64,000 bases of DNA from Rhodospirillaceae bacterium. GTDB lineage: Bacteria; Pseudomonadota; Alphaproteobacteria; CACIAM-22H2. Under the pieces are notes generated by a model. It was not told where the DNA came from. It made no database searches and saw only the letters and a list, made by a program, of their open reading frames with translations. The DNA is taken from contig JAIXXA010000035.1 of NCBI GenBank assembly GCA_027490975.1, forward strand, positions 9,164-73,163. Direction: 5' to 3'. How positions within the stretch are numbered: position 1 is the stretch's first letter; every line of letters starts with the position of its first letter. Shown piece after piece: positions 9,640-19,236 of this stretch. Position numbers and translations under genes: made by a program.

Positions 9640-10536
9640 TCACAGATACGTCCCCGCCAATGTGATCGGCTCGCCGCCCGCGCCAAGCTTGAAGCGCGCG
9701 AGGCCCGGGCTCTTGTCGGTATCGATCGTGCCGAGATCGACCTTGCGGACCCCTTGTTCTTTGAGCGCCATGAGCCCGCGCCACAGCACGAGATTGGCGG
9801 CGTTGGCCGCACGCCCTTGCGCGTCCGACGCCGCGACGTAGTAGCTGGCGTCGGGACCGTGGCGCAGAAACAGCGCGCCCGCCACGGGCTCGCGCCCATC
9901 GAGGGCGATCGCCGCCAGGGTCTGGCGCGGGTTCTTGAGGCGCACAAGCTGGGCGACGAAATCGGCCGAGGGACCGGCAAAACCTTTGGCTACGCGCACG
10001 CGGTCGTATTGCGCCACGATCCAATCGAGCCATTTGCCGCGGTCCGCAAGCTCGATGCGGAGTCCGCGCGCCTGCGCGGCGTTGAGCCGATTTCGCCATT
10101 TCTGACGCAAAACGTGGCGCCCATACTGCGGCAGATCGACGATGGCGCAGCTATGCCCGGTATAGACGCGGCGGCGGCCGAGCCATGACATTTTCGTGAC
10201 TGTGTTTTCCTGGATTTCTGGCGCCAGCAAGACCGCGCGCAGCAACCCACGCGGCAAGGCTGCCAACAATTCCGCCGGTACCGTTTCCGTCCCCTTGAGT
10301 GCGACGGGTCCGCGCAAACCCAGCCACAATTCGGCAAGGCCGAACCAGCGCCGACCGACCAATTGCAAGGCCGCGACCGGCGCGCCCGCATCGTCGCGCG
10401 CAAGCAAGCGCAACACCGGTTGGGCCTGCCAGCGGACTGCAAGACCGTAGTCCCAATCTTGCTGCAACGGCCAGAAATCCGATCGCTGGGCGGCCTCTTC
10501 CCACAGGCGGCGATCGGGTTCGACGACGACTTCCAT
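9640..10536 (-). CDS. GNAT-fold acyltransferase, FemAB/CelD-like (Acetyltransf_6-type)
   Basis: Internal start MEVVVEPDRRLW at residue 156 of the 453-aa listed ORF; the upstream part of that ORF is antisense to the pentapeptide gene. AGGA SD 5-8 nt upstream. Composition and length typical of FemAB-like GNATs. Confidence 0.6.
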   Translation of the reverse strand: MEVVVEPDRRLWEEAAQRSDFWPLQQDWDYGLAVRWQAQPVLRLLARDDAGAPVAALQLVGRRWFGLAELWLGLRGPVALKGTETVPAELLAALPRGLLRAVLLAPEIQENTVTKMSWLGRRRVYTGHSCAIVDLPQYGRHVLRQKWRNRLNAAQARGLRIELADRGKWLDWIVAQYDRVRVAKGFAGPSADFVAQLVRLKNPRQTLAAIALDGREPVAGALFLRHGPDASYYVAASDAQGRAANAANLVLWRGLMALKEQGVRKVDLGTIDTDKSPGLARFKLGAGGEPITLAGTYL

Positions 10537-10618
10537 CGGTCCTGAAACAATACGCGTGGTGCGAAATTTGCCTTTGTAATGTAAACCTTTGAAGGTCCAA
10601 AGACGAGAGGCGCGCAAG

Positions 10619-11950
10619 ATGGGCAACGTCAAGCAGGTCGAGCGCAAGAAGCTCAGCAAACTCGACCTACTCAAGCGCATGGAAGCGCACGAGCGCTTCG
10701 TCAAACGCGCGTCCGGCGGGGCGCGCATGCAGATCCATTTCGCGCAAATCCCGCGCAACGATTTCACCGGCCGCGTGCTCGCCGAGGCCGAGTTCGTCGG
10801 CGCGGACTTGACCGAGTGCGACTTCACGCGCGCCAATCTCGACCGTGCCAATTTCTTCGGCGCCAATCTGAGCTTCGCGGTGTTCACCGACGCCAACATG
10901 TCGCGCGCCGATCTGCGCGGCTCGATCCTCAAAGGCGCGACACTCGAGGGCGCCAATCTCAGCAAGGCCGACATTCGCGACGGCTTCATCGTGACCGCCA
11001 ACGAAACCGGCGACCTCGACTATTCGGTCATGACCACGCACAAAGCCAACATGGACGACGCGAAATTCGCGGGCGCCAATTTGGGGGAAGCGCGCCTGTC
11101 GCGCACGACCGCACAGCGTACAGACATGACAAACTGCAATCTGCGCGGCGCCAACCTCGCCGGTGCGGATCTTTCCAATGCCAACCTCTCGGGCGTGGTG
11201 CTGGCGGGCGCCGACCTCACCGACACGAACATGTCGGGCTGCAAGCTCAACGGTGCGGTGCTGGTCGGCGCGCAGATGTCGGGCACCAATCTCGACGGGG
11301 CCGATCTGTGCGCAAGCTACTTCATCATGGCCGAGATGGAAAAATGCGACATGAGCAGAGCCATTCTGCCGAAGTCGCTTGCCGATCTCGGCATCTCGTT
11401 CGGCGACATCGTGGTTGCGCACAATGACTGGCTGCGCACGGGCGGGGCTGCGGGCACGCAAGCCACATTCGACGGCGTGGATCTGGGGCCCATCGAATGG
11501 CCCGGCATCACGCTGTCGGCCGCCAAGATGCAGCGCGTGACGCTGGTCCGCGCCAAGATGCCGTCGGGCCGGTTCGACATGGCGACGTTCGAAGGGGCGA
11601 TGCTGGCGGAAGTCGATTTCTCGTCGGCCAGTTTGCGCGGCGCCAATCTCGACAAATGCACGCTCGACGGCGCCAATTTCCGCGACGCGGTGTTCTCGCC
11701 CCTGCCGCTTGCGGGCATGCAAGGCACCAAATGGCCCGCGCGCATGCGCGGCTGCCGCGCGCAGAAGGCCGATTTCCGCGGCGCCGACATGACCGGCGTC
11801 GATCTGACCGAGGCGAGCTTGCGCGACGTCGATTTTCGCGGCGCCAATCTGACCGGCGCCAAGCTCGTCGATTGCGATCTCGCCGGTGCCGATCTGCGCG
11901 AAACGGTGATGACCGGCGCCGATCTGCGCGGTGCAATGGGCGTCCGCTGA
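10619..11950 (+). CDS. pentapeptide repeat-containing protein (443 aa)
   Basis: Dozens of A(D/N)LxG-type pentapeptides (ANLSGADLSNANLSGVVLAGADL...). ATG at 10619 preceded by GAGAGG SD 8 nt upstream; the listed ORF starts at an upstream TTG. Confidence 0.8.
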   Translation: MGNVKQVERKKLSKLDLLKRMEAHERFVKRASGGARMQIHFAQIPRNDFTGRVLAEAEFVGADLTECDFTRANLDRANFFGANLSFAVFTDANMSRADLRGSILKGATLEGANLSKADIRDGFIVTANETGDLDYSVMTTHKANMDDAKFAGANLGEARLSRTTAQRTDMTNCNLRGANLAGADLSNANLSGVVLAGADLTDTNMSGCKLNGAVLVGAQMSGTNLDGADLCASYFIMAEMEKCDMSRAILPKSLADLGISFGDIVVAHNDWLRTGGAAGTQATFDGVDLGPIEWPGITLSAAKMQRVTLVRAKMPSGRFDMATFEGAMLAEVDFSSASLRGANLDKCTLDGANFRDAVFSPLPLAGMQGTKWPARMRGCRAQKADFRGADMTGVDLTEASLRDVDFRGANLTGAKLVDCDLAGADLRETVMTGADLRGAMGVR

Positions 11951-11992
11951 GGGGGCGTGCGCTGAGGGGGCGTGCGCTCGAAAATTCGCCCG

Positions 11993-12520
11993 CTAGGGTC
12001 GGCGGATCGTCGGGCCCAGGCGGCGCTTTTCGACCGTAAAGCTGCGCGTGGCGGAGGTGGGCCTGCTCACGATCGGCTGGGTCAGCCCCAATCGGTCGGC
12101 ATCGGGCCGCAGATGGGCCGGCACCGGGCCGGCATTGGGCCCGGCATAGTCCCCCCCCGCAGGCCGACGCGGTGCGCGCGGTGCGCGCGGCGGCTTTTTG
12201 GGCTTTTCCTTCACGTCGGCGAAGCGCACTTCGATCTTGCGGTCCTTGACCTTCGTACCGTCGAGGGCCGCGATCGCCTGTTTGCAATGCTGCTCGGTCG
12301 CCATCGTCACGAACGCATAGCCAATGGCTTTGCCGGTTTTTGGGTCGGCCGGAATCTGGCTTTGTATGACAATCCCGTGCGCATCGAACAGATCGGCCAG
12401 CCCCTCGACGTCCAGATCGAACGGCACATTCCCCACGAACAGGCGCGTATTGTAGATTTTCGCGGGCGTTTTGCCTGCCGGCTTGGCGGACGGTTTGGCG
12501 GGCGGGGCGGCTTTCGGCAT
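11993..12520 (-). CDS. RNA-binding protein with RRM domain and Arg/Pro-rich tail
   Basis: RNP-2 LFVGNV and RNP-1 KAIGYAFVTM motifs. Start MPKAAPP at residue 102 of the listed ORF. Lys/Ala/Pro-rich N-terminus. Confidence 0.65.
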   Translation of the reverse strand: MPKAAPPAKPSAKPAGKTPAKIYNTRLFVGNVPFDLDVEGLADLFDAHGIVIQSQIPADPKTGKAIGYAFVTMATEQHCKQAIAALDGTKVKDRKIEVRFADVKEKPKKPPRAPRAPRRPAGGDYAGPNAGPVPAHLRPDADRLGLTQPIVSRPTSATRSFTVEKRRLGPTIRRP

Positions 12521-12663
12521 GGTTTCCGGCTTTCCGGTTGCGACGGACGAACCTGCATTATGACGCTTTTTGCCGCCAACCGCCCGCACGAAACACATTG
12601 TTGCATTGGATCGCTTGCCGAACGCGGCGGGAGGGTTGTAAAAAAGTCGCAAGGAGCTGGATT

Positions 12664-13077
12664 TTGTTCGGAAAACTCCGTGTTTTGGCCGTGGAAGACG
12701 ACAATGCGACGCGCCTGATGCTGCGCCGCATGCTCGAAACGCTCGAGTTTGCGGCGGTGGATACGGCTGCCAGCGTCGACGGCGCGAAACTCGCCTTCCA
12801 GACCCCGCCAGAGCTTTGGCCAAATGTCGTGCTGTGCGATGTCGATATGAGACCTGCCAATGGCCTCGATTTTGTGGCCTGGCTGCGCGCGCAGCCGATG
12901 GGCCAGATGCGCAAGACGCCGGTCGTGATGGTCACAGCCCATGCGCACGCCGCCCTCGTGCGCCGCGCGATGGAACTGGGCGTATCTGGCTACCTCGTCA
13001 AGCCGGTCGGCGAGGCGGCCTTGCGCACGCGGCTTGAGCGCGCGGTCGAACCGCTGGCTTTCGGGCCGCTCAGCTAG
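12664..13077 (+). CDS. single-domain response regulator (CheY-like receiver)
   Basis: LRVLAVEDD...DVDM...T...K receiver residues. TTG start at 12664 with perfect AAGGAG 7 nt upstream. The listed longer ORF has an unlikely N-terminus. Confidence 0.7.
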   Translation: MFGKLRVLAVEDDNATRLMLRRMLETLEFAAVDTAASVDGAKLAFQTPPELWPNVVLCDVDMRPANGLDFVAWLRAQPMGQMRKTPVVMVTAHAHAALVRRAMELGVSGYLVKPVGEAALRTRLERAVEPLAFGPLS

Positions 13078-14531
13078 GCAAACAGCCGCACGAGCCACAG
13101 GGCGAGCCCTGGGAAGGCCAGCACCAGGCACAGGCGCAGAATGTCGGCCGCAAGGAACGGCAGCACGCGGCGATAGGTTTGCGTCATGGGCACGTCGCGC
13201 GCGATCGACGAGATCACGAATACGTTAAGCCCGATCGGCGGCGCCGTCAGGCCGATGCCGACCACGATCAAAACGAGAATGCCGAACCAGATCGCGACCT
13301 CGTCGGGCGTGAGGCCGAAATCCAGCGCCACCACGACCGGAAAGAACACCGGCAAGGTGAGCAGGATCATTGCAAGCTCGTCCATCACGGCCCCCAGCAG
13401 CACGTAGGTCGCCATCATGGCCGCCACCACAACAAGCGGCGCAAAGCCCGCATTGCCGATCCACTCGGCGGCGATCGTGGGCAGGCGCGTGAGCGCCAGG
13501 AACGCACCGAAAACTTCGGCCCCCAGCAGAATCATGAAAATCATACCCGAGGTTTCGGCCGTCTGGCGCAAGGCCTCGACGATTTCGCGAAACCCCAGAC
13601 GGCGCTGCAAAACGCCCATGACGAGCATCGCAAGTGCGCCGACGGCAGCCCCTTCGGTCGGCGTGAACACGCCGCCGTAAATGCCGCCAACGACGATTGC
13701 GGCCACCGCAATCGCCGGCATGATCGCGACATCGACGAAACCCACGAGCAGCGCCAAGCCTGCCGCGAGGCCCGCATCTTCGGGATCGATGGCGCCGCGC
13801 AGAAGCTGCACGCCGATCGCGGCGGCCGCGAGGGCTGCCAGCAACTTCGGCCATTTGGGCTGCTTGCGCGCGGCCTCGACCGGCAGTTCCGAAAAGGGGG
13901 CGAGGCCGGGGTTGCGCCAAACCATCAAGGCGATCGTGGCACAGTAGAACACGGCCGCCATGAGGCCCGGGATGAGGGCTGCCTGGAACAGCTTGGCGAT
14001 GTTCTGCTCGGTCGTGATGGCGTAGACGACGAGGATGACCGACGGCGGAATGAGAATGCCGAGCGTGCCGCCGACGGCGATCGTGGCGGCGGAGAACCCG
14101 CCGTCGTAGCCGTATTTGCGCAGTTCCGGCATCGCGGCGCGCCCGAACGTCGCTGTCGTGGCGACCGACGAGCCGCAGATCGCGCCGAACGCCGTGCACG
14201 CGCCGATTACCGCCATCGCAAGGCCGCCGCGCCGATTGCGCAAACCGCGCTCGGCCGCCAAGAACAGCGATTGCGCGATGCCGGCCCGCTCGGCAAGCGC
14301 ACCCATCAGAATGAACAGCGGAATGACCGACAGCGTATAGTTGGCGAATTGGTGGTAGGTGTTCGTTTTCATGTAGCCGAAAAAAGCCGGCCAGCTTGTG
14401 AATTGGATGTAGCCAACCGCCCCTACGAGCAGCATCGACAAGCCGATAGGCAGGCGCAACGCGATCAGCAGAAGCATCGCGCCGAAGCCCAGCAAAGCGA
14501 TCGCGGCACCGCTCACTTTGCTTTGCCCCAT
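13074..14531 (-). CDS. dctM: TRAP transporter large permease subunit
   Basis: Internal start MGQSKVSGAAIALLGF. 12-TM DctM-like composition. Overlaps the dctQ stop by 19 nt. Confidence 0.85.
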   Translation of the reverse strand: MGQSKVSGAAIALLGFGAMLLLIALRLPIGLSMLLVGAVGYIQFTSWPAFFGYMKTNTYHQFANYTLSVIPLFILMGALAERAGIAQSLFLAAERGLRNRRGGLAMAVIGACTAFGAICGSSVATTATFGRAAMPELRKYGYDGGFSAATIAVGGTLGILIPPSVILVVYAITTEQNIAKLFQAALIPGLMAAVFYCATIALMVWRNPGLAPFSELPVEAARKQPKWPKLLAALAAAAIGVQLLRGAIDPEDAGLAAGLALLVGFVDVAIMPAIAVAAIVVGGIYGGVFTPTEGAAVGALAMLVMGVLQRRLGFREIVEALRQTAETSGMIFMILLGAEVFGAFLALTRLPTIAAEWIGNAGFAPLVVVAAMMATYVLLGAVMDELAMILLTLPVFFPVVVALDFGLTPDEVAIWFGILVLIVVGIGLTAPPIGLNVFVISSIARDVPMTQTYRRVLPFLAADILRLCLVLAFPGLALWLVRLFA

Positions 14532-15016
14532 GCCAGACGCAGCGCCGTCAAAAACGCGGTCAGGCTCAAGATCGCGCACAAGGCGGCGCACAGCAGGATG
14601 ACGGGCCAGATCTGCAGCTGCAGTTGCATGGTCGTCTCGTAGTTTTCGCGCGCCTCGCGCGAGCCCACATAGAGGCCCCAGGCGAGAAACCCCATGGCAG
14701 CGGCAAAACAGAGGTCCCAGAACGCGTCGACGGCTGCGAGCGCGCGCTGCGGCAGCCAACTCGTGAAGGTATCGACCATGATGTGGCCGCGACGCGCTTG
14801 CGTGTAGGGGATGAACGCGAACACGGCGACGGCCGTCGCCATGCGCACGAATTCGAAATCGCCTTCGATGGGCTTCAAGAACAGCCAGCGACCGAGCACG
14901 CTCGTGCACACGAGCACGGCAATGCCGATCGCAACGATGCCGCCCAGCATCGCCAAAGCGGCGGTGGCGCGTTCGAGCAAGGCCGGGCGGTCCTGTTGGG
15001 TGGGCGTTGCGTCCAT
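14513..15016 (-). CDS. dctQ: TRAP transporter small permease subunit
   Basis: 167 aa with 4 TM segments, positioned between dctP and dctM. Confidence 0.8.
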   Translation of the reverse strand: MDATPTQQDRPALLERATAALAMLGGIVAIGIAVLVCTSVLGRWLFLKPIEGDFEFVRMATAVAVFAFIPYTQARRGHIMVDTFTSWLPQRALAAVDAFWDLCFAAAMGFLAWGLYVGSREARENYETTMQLQLQIWPVILLCAALCAILSLTAFLTALRLAWGKAK

Positions 15017-15107
15017 CGCGGGCGATACCTGACTTTGCAGACAAACGGGGGCGCAAAGAAAACGGCGGCGCCGCTGCCGGCGCCGCCGCAGCCGTTCCGT
15101 TATTTAC

Positions 15108-16172
15108 TTACGCACGTTCGTATTTGGCAATCAAAGCTTTGGCCGACGCGATCAGGGCATTGCCGTCGATATTGCGCTCGCGCATTTGGGCAACCCAAGC
15201 CGGGGCGACGGTTTCTGTCGCCTTTTCCCAGCGGGTCTTTTCGGCCGCACTCAAGACCGAGATCGTGTTGCCGCGCGCGCGCACCATGTCCGACACGGTT
15301 TTGGCTTCGGCATCCCACATTTGGCCGGCCACGCTCGAAAAGGCCATGCCCGATTGGCGATCGATCACGGCGCGCAATTCGGCCGGCAGACCGTCGAATT
15401 TCGCTTGGTTCATGGCGAGGAAGAAGCTTGCCGTGTAGAGGGTGGGCGAGCCCGGGATCTCGGTGTGGAAGCGCACGAGCTCGTGCACGCGCACCGAAGG
15501 CACCACTTCCCACGGAATGACAGCACCGTCGATGACGCGCTGGGCAAGCGACTCGGGCACCTGCGGCACCGGCATGCCGACCGAGACGGCCCCCAGCGCC
15601 TTCAAAGCTTCGCCTGCCAGACGCGTCGGGTTGCGCAGCTTGAGCCCGCGCATGTCGTCGAGCGTCTGGATCTGCTTGTTGGCGTGGATGACCCCCGCAT
15701 CGTGCGTCCAGTAGGCGAGCAGCTTCACGTCGCGCGTTTCTTCGGCCAGATGCGTGTCGGCGAATTCCTGGGCCGCGCGCGCATTGACCGAACCGCGCTG
15801 CGAAGCCAGGAACGGCAGCTCGAACACTTCCGTGCGCGGGAAGCGCCCTGGCGTGTTGCCCGGCAGCGTCCACACGATGTCGGCCACGCCGTCGCGCGCC
15901 TGGTTGTAGAGCTGCGGCGGCGTGCCGCCGAGCTGCATCGACGGGAACAGCTCGATCTTCAGCGCATTGTTGCTGGCCGCCGCAATGCGGTCGGCCCACG
16001 GCTGCAGCACCTTTGCGTGCACGTTCGAGACCGCTGGCAAGAAATGGTGCAGCCGCAAGGTCACGGCCTGGGCGTGTGCGGGGCGCACGATCGCCGGGGC
16101 GGCAAGGGCCGCCAAGCCGGATGCAAGCACGGTGCGGCGATTCAGAATGTGGGTCGGAGTCGGGGATTTCAT
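15108..16172 (-). CDS. dctP: TRAP transporter substrate-binding protein
   Basis: Start MKSPTPTHILNRRTVLASGLAALAAPAIVRPAHA (Tat/Sec signal). DctP-family length of 354 aa. GAGAGGAA SD upstream. Confidence 0.85.
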   Translation of the reverse strand: MKSPTPTHILNRRTVLASGLAALAAPAIVRPAHAQAVTLRLHHFLPAVSNVHAKVLQPWADRIAAASNNALKIELFPSMQLGGTPPQLYNQARDGVADIVWTLPGNTPGRFPRTEVFELPFLASQRGSVNARAAQEFADTHLAEETRDVKLLAYWTHDAGVIHANKQIQTLDDMRGLKLRNPTRLAGEALKALGAVSVGMPVPQVPESLAQRVIDGAVIPWEVVPSVRVHELVRFHTEIPGSPTLYTASFFLAMNQAKFDGLPAELRAVIDRQSGMAFSSVAGQMWDAEAKTVSDMVRARGNTISVLSAAEKTRWEKATETVAPAWVAQMRERNIDGNALIASAKALIAKYERA

Positions 16173-16329
16173 CGGCAGGGGTTCCTCTCGGTTTTGCGGC
16201 CTGCCGTTTGAACGTTGGCGACCGTCGTTTGCAATTGGGCGTTTGCAATTGAGCGCAAACCTAGCACAGGGCCACGCGCGTGCAATAGACTGGCGGCTGC
16301 CGTTTGCCCCCACATCCGAAGAGACCCAG

Positions 16330-17052
16330 ATGACCGATCTTGCCGCCGCCCGCACCGACCTTGCCGCTGCCTTTCGCTGGGCCGCGCGCCTGGGGCTCAA
16401 CGAAGGGACCTGCAACCATTTCAGCCTGCAGCTGTCGCCCGACCGTTTTCTGATCAATCCCTGGGGTCCGCATTGGGCCGAGATGCGCGCGAGCGATCTG
16501 CTGCTCGTCGATGCCGCAGGCCGCATCCTCGAAGGCAAATGGCCGATCGAAGAAACGGCGTTGTACATCCATTCGCAGATCCATCTGCGCCATCCGACGG
16601 CAACCGCCGTGCTGCACACGCATATGCCCTACGCGACCGCCTTGTGCGCGGTCGAAGGCGGACGCATCGAGCCGTGCGTGCAGACTTCTCTGCGCTTCTA
16701 CGGCCGGGTCGCCTACGACGACGACTATAACGGCCTTGCCGACGGCCCCGAAGAGGGGGCCCGCATGGCCGCCAAGATGGACGGCAAGCCCGTGCTGTTC
16801 CTGGCCAACCACGGCGTGATCGTGACAGGTCCCACGGTCGGCGAGGCGTTCGACGAGCTCTACTATCTCGAACGCGCCGCCCAAGCCCAGGTGTTGGCGA
16901 TGTCGACGGGGCGGCCGCTCAAGCTCGTACCGGGCCAACTTGCCGCACGCACCTCGCGCCAGATGGAAGACGGGCGGGCCGCCTATGCGCGCGTCCATTT
17001 CGACGCACTCAAGCGCATGCTGGCGCGCGACGAGCCGGAATTCGCGGACTGA
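16330..17052 (+). CDS. class II aldolase/adducin family protein
   Basis: MTDLAAARTDLAAAFRWAARLGLNEGTCNHFS...HTH motif. 240 aa. Confidence 0.8.
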   Translation: MTDLAAARTDLAAAFRWAARLGLNEGTCNHFSLQLSPDRFLINPWGPHWAEMRASDLLLVDAAGRILEGKWPIEETALYIHSQIHLRHPTATAVLHTHMPYATALCAVEGGRIEPCVQTSLRFYGRVAYDDDYNGLADGPEEGARMAAKMDGKPVLFLANHGVIVTGPTVGEAFDELYYLERAAQAQVLAMSTGRPLKLVPGQLAARTSRQMEDGRAAYARVHFDALKRMLARDEPEFAD

Positions 17053-17065
17053 AAACGACGCCACG

Positions 17066-17566
17066 TCAGAATTCGACGCCGTCGCTTCGGTAGTGGACAG
17101 ACATGGCCATCAATTGCCGAACCGGGCAATCCGCCGCGGCGAAGGGGACGATCAGATTCTCGATTTCGATATAGTCCATCTTGGCCCAGAACCGCGCCGG
17201 ACCGCGTCGCCACGTGCTGACGCCGGTGCGCGCGCCGAGCCAATAGCGATCGAGCAGCCGCGGATTTTCCTTCAAGCGCGCCGCCAGGACCTCGTGCAAG
17301 AATTGCCCGGTCGGCTCGAACCCCATGCCGGCCACGATCTTGGTGCCGGCAAGGCGGTAGCGAAGGCTGGCTTTGTCGAAATCCGCTTCGACGATCCAGA
17401 TATTCGGCAGCAGATCGGGAATGTCCATCGGATCGAAATGCGCGCGCGAGGGCAGGCCGCCGTCGCGACGGCACGCTTGCGTGTAGCGCCAGAAACGCCG
17501 GATCCGCGGATTGGCAGCGCCGAGATCGGCGTCGGCATGGATCTCGGCGAAATCCGGCTGCGGCAT
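17066..17566 (-). CDS. PAS domain-containing protein (alphaproteobacterial small PAS family)
   Basis: Start MPQPDFAEI at residue 90 of the listed ORF. W/Y-rich PAS-like core. Start assignment uncertain. Confidence 0.55.
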   Translation of the reverse strand: MPQPDFAEIHADADLGAANPRIRRFWRYTQACRRDGGLPSRAHFDPMDIPDLLPNIWIVEADFDKASLRYRLAGTKIVAGMGFEPTGQFLHEVLAARLKENPRLLDRYWLGARTGVSTWRRGPARFWAKMDYIEIENLIVPFAAADCPVRQLMAMSVHYRSDGVEF

Positions 17567-18036
17567 CTGTTTCGACGATCCAAAGGTGCGGATGGCGGGG
17601 CAGGACGCGATCGCAATGTCGACGCAACGATACGTGCGATTTGGTTTCGAAGTAAACCAAATGGGCTTATCGCAAGTGCTTGCGCCGCACGAGACAGCGC
17701 TGCAACCGCAAAAACTCGGGCGATGGAAAAAGAAAGGGCCGCGCCCGAAGGCACGGCCCAAGTTTAGGGAGGAAACGCCCACGAAACGGCGCAAAGGCCA
17801 TTTCGAGCTGCGACAATCAATGTCGCAATGCACAATTTAATTGTTGCGCCGCAAAAATCAAGGCCTAATCCGACCAAGATTGTTAAAAATCAGAGACTAA
17901 GGCACGCCCAAGCAGTATCTGCCTGAGTTTACTGGAGATTTATTTCAGAAAAACCGTGCCAGAATACCGCAGCGCACCATAACACCGCCTTCTGGCGGCC
18001 CGCGTTGCGCCGAGCCCTTGCCCTCGCCGCACTCCA

Positions 18037-19236
18037 ATGACCAGAATGGCGCGGGATACAAAAGAGGCCGCCGCCGCAATGGCAAACACGACGCAGCCGC
18101 CAAACGCACCCGCGGTTTGGGCCAAGACCCAGTTCGACGGGTCGGCGATGCGCGTGGCATTGGGCGGGCGCTGGACGCTGGCGGATGCCGCCATTCTCGA
18201 AACCGCCGTGCAGACGCTCGACACAAAAGGGGCAGCGCTGCTGCATATCGATCTGTCGGCGGTGGACGCGATCGACACGTGCGGCGCGTGGATCTTGCAC
18301 CGGCAGCTGCGGCGCTGGCAGGACCGCGGCGCGCAGATCGAGCTTGTCGGCACCAGCGATGCGCAAGCAGCCCTGCTCGAGCGCATGGGCGTGGCCGACG
18401 AAGAGCGCGTGCCGCTCTTGCGCAAGAGCGGCAGCGCATTCGCCGAACTCGCGATCCGTGCCGGGATCGCCGCAACGGAAGTGGCGGGCGAAGCCAAGGC
18501 GCTGATCGCCTTCGTCGGCGCCGCCACCGTATGCGCGCTGCGCGCGATCCGCCGGCCGGGGCGCGTGCGCCTGGTGAGCACGGTCCACCATATCGAAAGC
18601 ATCGGCATCGACGCGGTGCCGATCCTGGGGTTGCTCGCGTTTCTGATCGGCGTGGTGCTGGCCTTCCAGGGCGCGGACCAGCTGCGCGCATACGGTGCGG
18701 AAGTCTTCACGATCAATCTTCTGGGCGTGTCGATCCTGCGCGAAATCGGCGTGCTGATCACGGCGATCATGGTCGCCGGGCGCACCGGCAGCGCCTTTGC
18801 GGCCGAGATCGGCACGATGAAAGTGAACCAGGAAGTGGACGCGATGCGCACGATCGGGCTCGACCCGATGGAAACGCTGGTGCTGCCGCGCCTGCTCGCA
18901 CTGGCGATCACGCTGCCGCTCCTCGTGTTCTTCGCCAACACGATGGCGCTGGTGGGCGGCGCCGTGATGGTGATTCTCGGGCTCGATCTGTCGTTAGAGC
19001 AGTTCCTCGAGCAGCTCTCGAATGCGGTCCAGCTCAACACGCTGGCGGTCGGCCTCATCAAAGCGCCGGTCTTTGCGGTGCTCATCGGCGTCGTGTCGTG
19101 CTACGAGGGCCTCAAAGTCTCGGGTTCGGCCGAAAGCGTGGGCCGGCACACGACGCAGTCGGTCGTCAAATCGATCTTCCTCGTGATCGTGTTCGACGCC
19201 GCCTTTTCGATCTTCTTTTCGCGGATCGGGCTATGA
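18037..19236 (+). CDS. mlaE: MlaE-family ABC transporter permease with N-terminal STAS (MlaB-like) domain
   Basis: N-terminal about 120 aa STAS-like (HIDLSAVDAIDTCGAWIL), then a MlaE permease core. Alternative ATGs at 18046 and 18079, the latter with AAGAGG upstream. Confidence 0.8.
   Translation: MTRMARDTKEAAAAMANTTQPPNAPAVWAKTQFDGSAMRVALGGRWTLADAAILETAVQTLDTKGAALLHIDLSAVDAIDTCGAWILHRQLRRWQDRGAQIELVGTSDAQAALLERMGVADEERVPLLRKSGSAFAELAIRAGIAATEVAGEAKALIAFVGAATVCALRAIRRPGRVRLVSTVHHIESIGIDAVPILGLLAFLIGVVLAFQGADQLRAYGAEVFTINLLGVSILREIGVLITAIMVAGRTGSAFAAEIGTMKVNQEVDAMRTIGLDPMETLVLPRLLALAITLPLLVFFANTMALVGGAVMVILGLDLSLEQFLEQLSNAVQLNTLAVGLIKAPVFAVLIGVVSCYEGLKVSGSAESVGRHTTQSVVKSIFLVIVFDAAFSIFFSRIGL

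Noticed and set aside
9446-10099. 217-aa minus ORF overlapping the FemAB-like gene in another frame
   Set aside because: Arg-rich, no motifs, and fully overlapped by the better-supported 9640..10536 CDS.
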